Positions 57,951-64,000 of a stretch of 64,000 nucleotides of DNA are shown one piece after another. The stretch lies in sequence record PV173775; one strand, written 5' to 3'. A model generated the notes under the pieces. It did not search any database. It worked only from the letters and a program-made list of their open reading frames with translations, and was not told the origin of the DNA. Numbering within the stretch: position 1 is the first letter of the stretch; each line of letters starts with the position of its first letter. Position numbers and translations under genes: made by a program. Origin of the DNA: Escherichia phage GEP001.

Positions 57951-58214
57951 ATGGATAATTACGGCGAACTGTTCAACTTCTTTATGAAATGCGTTTCAGA
58001 AGATTTCGGTCGTACGGTGAATGATATTAAAGTTATCGGTCCTGACCATCCGATGTTTGAAACTTACGCAGTAATGGGTAATGAAGATGGTCAGTGGTAT
58101 ACTGTAAAGGTTGTGATTAACATGTTCACTGCTGAAGGTTATGTTAAACTGTCTTCTAAAGTTTACCACGATAACGACGAAATCGCAGAAGAATATTTCA
58201 ATAATATGAAATAA
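57951..58214 (+). CDS. hypothetical protein, ~87 aa
   Basis: ATG at 57951 with SD GGAGAATAAA (track ORF starts 57939); early promoter 57879-57908. Confidence 0.5.
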   Translation: MDNYGELFNFFMKCVSEDFGRTVNDIKVIGPDHPMFETYAVMGNEDGQWYTVKVVINMFTAEGYVKLSSKVYHDNDEIAEEYFNNMK

Positions 58215-58282
58215 ATGTGTACAAACACCAAGGACGGTGTTATTATAGATTTATCAAAACAATCACAGAAGCGGAGAAATAA

Positions 58283-58459
58283 ATGACTACTTTAACTATT
58301 TGGTTTGACGAAAATGAAGAAACATACTGTGTGAACATTAATGAAAGTCCAATGCCTGACTTTGAATCTTCAGATAAGAAGTCGGTTATATCTTGGGCTA
58401 AAGGTTATAAAGCAGCAAAAGGCGATGTCGAAATAGTTTATAAACTCTTTGGAGTATAA
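58283..58459 (+). CDS. small hypothetical protein, 58 aa
   Basis: ATG at 58283 preceded by GGAGAAATAA; below ORF-track cutoff. Confidence 0.4.
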   Translation: MTTLTIWFDENEETYCVNINESPMPDFESSDKKSVISWAKGYKAAKGDVEIVYKLFGV

Positions 58460-58502
58460 TATTCTCACGGATTTTAAATCTCAATTAACCTAAGGAAATA
58501 CT

Positions 58503-59096
58503 ATGAACACACTGAAGAAAATTATTGAGTTTATTCGCACTAAACTTGGTTCTGCTATGGCTAAAAATCTATCTGTTGAAGAACAGTATACTGCTGCAGC
58601 AGCAAAACTTCTTGATAAAATTAAAGACCTAAAAACTGCTTCTGTTAAATCTATTAATGAAGAAAAACGTATTCGTGAACTTGTTATCGAAAAGAATCGA
58701 CAAGCCGAATCAAAAGAGCGTGAAATTCGCAAACTTCTTTCCGAAGGTCAAGATGTAACAATGCATGCTAAACTCGGTTTACTATATCGTCGAACAGCTG
58801 AGCAGTTGACTACTAAGGCTGACGGTTATGCTGAAATGCGAATTGAAATCGCCAAGAAAGTAGTTGAGTTAGATGATGCTCGCCAAGAACTTGCAGTTAA
58901 ATTGGAATATATCCGTGAAACTCGTGCGGCAAATGCCCTTGGAATTAGTACTGCCGATGATGTAGTTGAAATTGCAGCACTGACTAAGGTTGATATTGAA
59001 GATACCCTTGCTCGAGTTGAAACCTTTAATGGTAATATTTCTGGGGTTGAAACTACCTCTGCCGATGTTCAGGAATACATCAATTCTCTGAAATAA
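58503..59096 (+). CDS. coiled-coil protein, 197 aa (possibly PspA/IM30-like)
   Basis: Ala/Glu/Lys/Arg-rich heptad-like sequence throughout; terminator hairpin at 59102-59117. Confidence 0.55.
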   Translation: MNTLKKIIEFIRTKLGSAMAKNLSVEEQYTAAAAKLLDKIKDLKTASVKSINEEKRIRELVIEKNRQAESKEREIRKLLSEGQDVTMHAKLGLLYRRTAEQLTTKADGYAEMRIEIAKKVVELDDARQELAVKLEYIRETRAANALGISTADDVVEIAALTKVDIEDTLARVETFNGNISGVETTSADVQEYINSLK

Positions 59097-59101
59097 TGAT
59101 A

Positions 59102-59122
59102 AGGGGCTTCGGCCCCTATTAC
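59102..59122 (+). terminator. hairpin terminator after the coiled-coil ORF
   Basis: AGGGGC-TTCG-GCCCCT then TATT. Confidence 0.5.
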
Positions 59123-59137
59123 TTGGAGTAAATAGGA

Positions 59138-59746
59138 ATGAGAATGCAAAATGATTTCAATTCAATGTTTGAAGAGTTCCAAAGACAGGTTGATGTTCCA
59201 GACCAATTACTGAATGCTCTTAAACGTATGGCAGAAGGACGTAATTACTATTGGGGGTCTTCATATGAAACTGACGAAAGTCTTTCTGGAAGATTTTATA
59301 GAGGTAAAAAGTCTTTAATACGTCCTGGAATACTTATTAACAGTATTGAATCAATTCATTCATTGACATGTGATTTTGATGTTGAATTTACTGATTTCAT
59401 TTCCCCTGAATGGACGGTATGCTATTTAAACGACGATTATGACTATCTTGGCATTTATAGTTTAAGTGACGCGGGGTTTAGACGTAATTTACAAAAGTCA
59501 AATTTATTTTATATTGATACTACAGTAAAATTTCAGGGAAAGAAATATTTCTTTACTCTTATAGTTGACTCTGAAACAAAATATGAAAATAAGCGTATTC
59601 TTAGTAAAAAGAATATCTTAACTATTGTTGATGATCTTTTTGATAAATTCGTAGAAAATCCCAATTTTGAAAGCGATTTATTATTAGAAAAATTTGTTAA
59701 GGAATGTAGAGAATATGTCAAAGCCATCACTATACCTTCCAAGTAA
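59138..59746 (+). CDS. hypothetical protein, 202 aa
   Basis: ORF with SD GGAGTAAATAGGA; no motif recognised. Confidence 0.55.
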   Translation: MRMQNDFNSMFEEFQRQVDVPDQLLNALKRMAEGRNYYWGSSYETDESLSGRFYRGKKSLIRPGILINSIESIHSLTCDFDVEFTDFISPEWTVCYLNDDYDYLGIYSLSDAGFRRNLQKSNLFYIDTTVKFQGKKYFFTLIVDSETKYENKRILSKKNILTIVDDLFDKFVENPNFESDLLLEKFVKECREYVKAITIPSK

Positions 59747-60107
59747 ACCTGTGAAGTATGAACTAAAGCGCCAGATAATTTCTACCGATGTATTAATGGG
59801 TCCTGTGGTAGCTGTATCATTTGTGATTCTGCTAATTGCTGGAATGGTTATAGACGTTATGACTGATATTGAATCTGGTGTAATATTTGGAGCAACACTA
59901 ATTCTTCCAATGATAGTTCCATTTTTATTAGTACCTGTAAATTGGGTAGGATACTGGTATCAAGGAAGACATTATCGTAAACGCGTACGTGAATGGAAAG
60001 CTCAGTGTAAAAAGATTAAAAATGAACACCAGCTTAAACTAGATATGTATGAATTTAACGAAATTATGAAATTTGTTAAGGAATCACGATGCAAAAGCCA
60101 AAACTAA
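59715..60107 (+). CDS. membrane protein, ~130 aa, two TM helices
   Basis: ATG at 59715 (MSKPSLY) with SD AAGGAA inside the upstream gene; hydrophobic VVAVSFVILLIAGMVI and VIFGATLILPMIVPFLLV. Confidence 0.55.
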   Translation: MSKPSLYLPSKPVKYELKRQIISTDVLMGPVVAVSFVILLIAGMVIDVMTDIESGVIFGATLILPMIVPFLLVPVNWVGYWYQGRHYRKRVREWKAQCKKIKNEHQLKLDMYEFNEIMKFVKESRCKSQN

Positions 60108-60451
60108 ATAAAGTCAAATATTCGCTTCCTGAGTCATTTTTAATTTTTGCTGTGGCGTTGGCTGCAGCTCTTGCGGGTAGTCTTTTTGGATTGTTAATTG
60201 ACTGTCTTATTTTAAACATCGATGGCACAGTAAATATAATAGAAGTTTGGAGTGAACTTCGCTATACTAAAATTATTTCATTATTTTCATTCTTTTGTAT
60301 CATTCTATATTTTCATTATGATAATTTTAAAATAAATTGGCAAAGAAAAAAGGATTACAAAATACAATTAAAAGAATATAATAACCATATGTCTTATATT
60401 GAAAATGAATCAATGAAAGAGTTTGTGAGTGATTGTAGGAAAATCAGATGA
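60089..60451 (+). CDS. membrane protein, 120 aa
   Basis: Start with SD AAGGAA in upstream gene; hydrophobic LIFAVALAAALAGSLFGLLIDCLIL and IISLFSFFCIILYF. Confidence 0.55.
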   Translation: MQKPKLNKVKYSLPESFLIFAVALAAALAGSLFGLLIDCLILNIDGTVNIIEVWSELRYTKIISLFSFFCIILYFHYDNFKINWQRKKDYKIQLKEYNNHMSYIENESMKEFVSDCRKIR

Positions 60452-60756
60452 TTTTAAAAACTCGCTGGTATGATTTAGATGATGGGGATGATGGCATTCC
60501 AGTTGATAGAGTTGACTGGAATGGCTGTTCCGAAGATATGAAAAATTTGTTGATTAGGGAGTTTAGAATGGGATATCAACCAGTTAAGCCATCTACTGCA
60601 ACAGATGATAAATTTGTGTGTATTCATAATGGTCGCGCTAAATTAACGAACGCTGATTGGTTCACAGATAAAATTATGATTCTGTGGTATATTATTAGTC
60701 TTCCTGTGACATCATTCGTATTTTACTTTTTTATAAAAATCCAATGGACAGAATAG
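60448..60756 (+). CDS. hypothetical protein with C-terminal TM anchor, 102 aa
   Basis: Start overlaps previous stop (ATGA); C-terminal IMILWYIISLPVTSFVFYFFI. Confidence 0.5.
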   Translation: MILKTRWYDLDDGDDGIPVDRVDWNGCSEDMKNLLIREFRMGYQPVKPSTATDDKFVCIHNGRAKLTNADWFTDKIMILWYIISLPVTSFVFYFFIKIQWTE

Positions 60757-60915
60757 GAGATTGGATTCTTTTAACTATACTTGTTAATATTTTACAGCAG
60801 CAATATTATCTGGAATATGGTATACGTTCATTGAAATGCCATGGCGGCGACGCAGACAACAAAAGATTTTTGATGAAAAGAAATATACTCAAAATTTAAA
60901 TAACTTTATCGCTGA

Positions 60916-61371
60916 ATGCAGGAAATTAAAATGAAAACAATATCAGCTGGTATTATCTTTATGACAGAAGATAAAGATTTATTCATGGGACGGGTTACTG
61001 GTTCTCGTAAGCCTGGAATGATGGCACATCGCTGGGATATTCCAAAGGGCCGTGTAGAAAATTCTGATTTAAGCGCACTAGATGCAGCACGAAGAGAATG
61101 CTTAGAAGAGACTGGTTTTAGCAATTATAATCCAGACCTTCTAGAAGACCTAGGTGTATTTAAATATTCTAGTAATAAAGACTTACAGTTATTTTATTAC
61201 ACGATTCCAGTAGAGCATGAGATGTTTAGAAATTGCCATTGCGAGTCTTATTTTGAAAATAAAGATGGTGTTATGATTCCAGAGATGGATGCTTTTGCTC
61301 TTATTCCTCGCACTCAGTGGCAATATGTGATGGGTCCTTCACTTTACCGAATAATGAACAACCTCTTTTAA
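60916..61371 (+). CDS. nudE: Nudix hydrolase (T4 NudE / e.1)
   Basis: 151 aa; Nudix box G-x5-E-x7-REC-x-EE-x-G in GRVENSDLSALDAARRECLEETGF; alternative start at 60931 has the better SD. Confidence 0.85.
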   Translation: MQEIKMKTISAGIIFMTEDKDLFMGRVTGSRKPGMMAHRWDIPKGRVENSDLSALDAARRECLEETGFSNYNPDLLEDLGVFKYSSNKDLQLFYYTIPVEHEMFRNCHCESYFENKDGVMIPEMDAFALIPRTQWQYVMGPSLYRIMNNLF

Positions 61372-61902
<531 letters not shown>

Positions 61903-61906
61903 AGTT

Positions 61907-61935
61907 GTTTACTTTCTCCTAGAACTGTGATAGTA
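61907..61935 (+). promoter_or_regulatory. early promoter for the IPII-like gene
   Basis: AAGTTGTTTACT, 17 nt spacer, TG-n-TAGTAT. Confidence 0.55.
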
Positions 61936-61973
61936 TATTCATAGTTACTAATTAAAATATTTAAAGGAACCAT

Positions 61974-62291
61974 ATGAAAACGTTTAAAGAATTTATTGCA
62001 GAATCTGCCCAAGGACAACGTGTAGAAGGCGGTTATATCTGGATTGAACAAGTTGAGCCGCCAAGTCGCACTTCTACAGGTAAATGGAAAATCACTGTTG
62101 ATGGTCCTGGTGGTAAACGTAGGACTCTTAAAGAAATTAACGGGTACTATGAAGAAGCTCTTTCTGACGCGGGTACTTATATGATGCAAATCATGATTAA
62201 AAACCCAGAAAATCGTTTTGCGGCTAGAGTTTTCCGCCGTATTGGAAATAAGCTTTATGATGCATATTCTAAAAACTTCCCTAAAGAATAA
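61974..62291 (+). CDS. internal-protein-like capsid-targeted protein (IPII-like position), 105 aa
   Basis: N-terminus MKTFKEFIAE matches the capsid-targeting sequence shared with ipI; early promoter 61907-61935. Confidence 0.7.
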   Translation: MKTFKEFIAESAQGQRVEGGYIWIEQVEPPSRTSTGKWKITVDGPGGKRRTLKEINGYYEEALSDAGTYMMQIMIKNPENRFAARVFRRIGNKLYDAYSKNFPKE

Positions 62292-62307
62292 AAATTAAAG
62301 GATACAC

Positions 62308-62781
62308 ATGAAAACATATCAAGAATTTATTACTGAAGCAGCTATTAATTCTCAAATTATTGCTGAATCTTTTACTGATCTTTTGAAATTTAAAAAAGGA
62401 CAGAAAATCACTGCTGTATTGGATGATGGTACAGAAGTTGAGATGGATGTACAGGGATATAATTATGCAGTAGATGGAAAACTGTATAATAAATCTCATG
62501 CTAAATTTGATTCATTTGACGACTTTGTTAATACAGTTGAAGATGAAAAAACTCGTCGATCCATTGCAACTGGTGATGCTAAGGTTCTTATGGCACATGG
62601 TCATGAACGCATTCGCGCTAAACAGAATAAAATGGGTGAAGATAATTTTGCATTAGTTGGTTATCAATCTGGTAAGCAAACTTATGGCTATCAGCGTACT
62701 GCTACCATGTATAATAAAAATGGTAAAATCGCTTTCGTGAATAGTAAAGGTTCTATTCAGTACGTTAAATCGTTCAAATAA
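62308..62781 (+). CDS. internal-protein-like capsid-targeted protein (IPIII-like position), 157 aa
   Basis: N-terminus MKTYQEFITE (capsid-targeting-like); directly downstream of previous IP-like gene. Confidence 0.7.
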   Translation: MKTYQEFITEAAINSQIIAESFTDLLKFKKGQKITAVLDDGTEVEMDVQGYNYAVDGKLYNKSHAKFDSFDDFVNTVEDEKTRRSIATGDAKVLMAHGHERIRAKQNKMGEDNFALVGYQSGKQTYGYQRTATMYNKNGKIAFVNSKGSIQYVKSFK

Positions 62782-62921
62782 TATGGGAACAACCTGGACC
62801 TCATGATTCTGTGAGGGATTCCCGCCAACCTGTAATAAGGTCGAGCCCAAGTGCGGTAATGGGTAAATACAGAAATGGACAATTCATGCGCCACGGAATG
62901 GCCCAAATTTAGAGAGAAGAA

Positions 62922-63461
62922 ATGAGAACATTTTTAACTGGTCCTTATCTATCCCTGATGAATGCTTTTACACACCATTCTGATGCTAGAGTAGAAGAAA
63001 TTTGTAAAAACGAATATATCCCGCCATTTGAAGAATTACTTAAACAGTATTGCACACTTCGACTAGACGGTGGACGTCAATCCGGTAAATCAATTGCTGT
63101 GACTAACTTTGCTGCTAATTGGTTGTATGATGGCGGAACAGTTATTGTTCTTTCTAATACTTCAGCTTACGCTAAAATTTCTGCAAATAACATTAAAAAG
63201 GAATTTTCGCGTTATTCTAATGATGATATACGTTTTCGTTTATTTACTGATTCTGTGCGCAGTTTTATCGGTAATAAAGGAAGCAAGTTCAGAGGTTTAA
63301 AGCTTTCGCGAATTTTATATATAATTGATGAGCCTGTCAAATCTCCTGATATGGATAAGATTTATAGTGTCCATATTGACACTGTACACTGCTGCTGTAA
63401 TATTAAATGTTGCATTGGTGGTATTACTCGTCCACAGTTTTTCGTAATCGGAATGCAATGA
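62922..63461 (+). CDS. hypothetical protein with P-loop motif, 179 aa
   Basis: Walker A-like GGRQSGKS; Cys cluster near C-terminus (HCCCNIKCC); not similar to T4 DenV as recalled. Confidence 0.5.
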   Translation: MRTFLTGPYLSLMNAFTHHSDARVEEICKNEYIPPFEELLKQYCTLRLDGGRQSGKSIAVTNFAANWLYDGGTVIVLSNTSAYAKISANNIKKEFSRYSNDDIRFRLFTDSVRSFIGNKGSKFRGLKLSRILYIIDEPVKSPDMDKIYSVHIDTVHCCCNIKCCIGGITRPQFFVIGMQ

Positions 63462-63787
63462 TGACAGACACTCAGCTTTTCGAATATCTCTATTTTTCGC
63501 CAAAAACTATTAAAAATAAATTGGTGAATCATTTTGAAATTTTAGCAAAAAATAACATTTTGAGCGAATTTTATCCTAAGCAATACAAATTACAAAAAGG
63601 CGTATTCAAAGGATGCAGAGTTTTGTGCACGGCTCCTAATGCACGGCTAATGAATAAAATTCCATATTTTACTATGAAATTTATTGATGGGCCTTTTAAA
63701 GGACTAATCACACAGAGTTTAATGGCATATGATTCTGAGCCATTTTTAATTAAAGAACAATCTTGGATAAATTTATTTTCTAATTGA
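63458..63787 (+). CDS. hypothetical protein, ~109 aa
   Basis: ATG overlapping previous stop (track ORF starts 63407); no motif recognised. Confidence 0.45.
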   Translation: MMTDTQLFEYLYFSPKTIKNKLVNHFEILAKNNILSEFYPKQYKLQKGVFKGCRVLCTAPNARLMNKIPYFTMKFIDGPFKGLITQSLMAYDSEPFLIKEQSWINLFSN

Positions 63788-63794
63788 GGTTTAT

Positions 63795-64000
63795 ATGAAA
63801 GCATATCAAATTCTTGAAGGCACACACAAAGGTACTATTTATTTTGAAGACGGTATTCAAGCACGAATTATTGTATCTAAAACCTTTAAAGAGGACTCTT
63901 TTGTAGACCCAGAAATTTTCTACGGTTTGCATGCCCGTGAAATTGAAATTGAAACACAACCTAAAGTTAAAATCGAAGGCGGTCAACACCTGAACGTTAA
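63795..64000 (+). CDS. hypothetical protein, 3'-truncated at window edge
   Basis: ATG at 63795 with SD GAGG; ORF open to end of window. Confidence 0.45.
   Translation, partial: MKAYQILEGTHKGTIYFEDGIQARIIVSKTFKEDSFVDPEIFYGLHAREIEIETQPKVKIEGGQHLNV

Noticed and set aside
59681-60930. Apparent shared C-terminal peptide motif (KFVKECR, KFVKESR, EFVSDCRK, NFIAECRK) in four consecutive ORFs, suggesting a paralogous protein family
   Set aside because: The motif sits directly upstream of the next gene's ATG each time and corresponds at nucleotide level to a conserved purine-rich ribosome-binding region (AAGGAA / GTAGGAAA / GCAGGAAA). The peptide similarity is most simply a by-product of conserved translation-initiation sequence embedded in the upstream gene.

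Overview
This 64 kb window is a contiguous piece of a T4-like (T-even) myovirus genome, in reverse orientation relative to the conventional T4 map. It is AT-rich and almost gap-free in coding. Gene identities rest on my recollection of T4 protein sequences, lengths and gene order; no database search was run. Order left to right: 30.x ORFs and DNA ligase (gene 30); two tandem Alt ADP-ribosyltransferase genes; baseplate hub genes 54-48-29-28-27-51 (minus) and 26-25 (plus); uvsY, uvsW, inh, hoc, rnlB; then the long minus-strand late block 24-23-22-21-68-67-20-19-18-17-16-15-14-13-wac-12-11-10-9-8-7-6-5.4-5-53; then plus-strand 4-2-3-1-57A-57B-ipI, a variable block of small ORFs, ten tightly packed tRNA genes, a tRNA-like stable-RNA region, more small ORFs, nudE, lysozyme e, two further internal-protein-like genes and three unknown ORFs. 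Sigma70-type early promoters, MotA-box middle promoters, TATAAATA late promoters and GC-rich hairpin terminators are all readable. No CRISPR array, integrase, transposase or recognisable homing-endonuclease gene was seen. Lysozyme and fibritin differ at a few residues from the T4 sequences as I remember them, so this is probably a close T4 relative rather than T4 itself. I found no clearly new multi-gene system. The most interesting departures from the T4 blueprint are the duplicated alt gene, small early-gene cassettes (promoter-ORF-hairpin) inserted between late structural genes, divergent capsid-targeted internal proteins, a 10-member tRNA set including Tyr and Asn, and unknown ORFs at the positions where T4 carries segB, segD, segE and denV.
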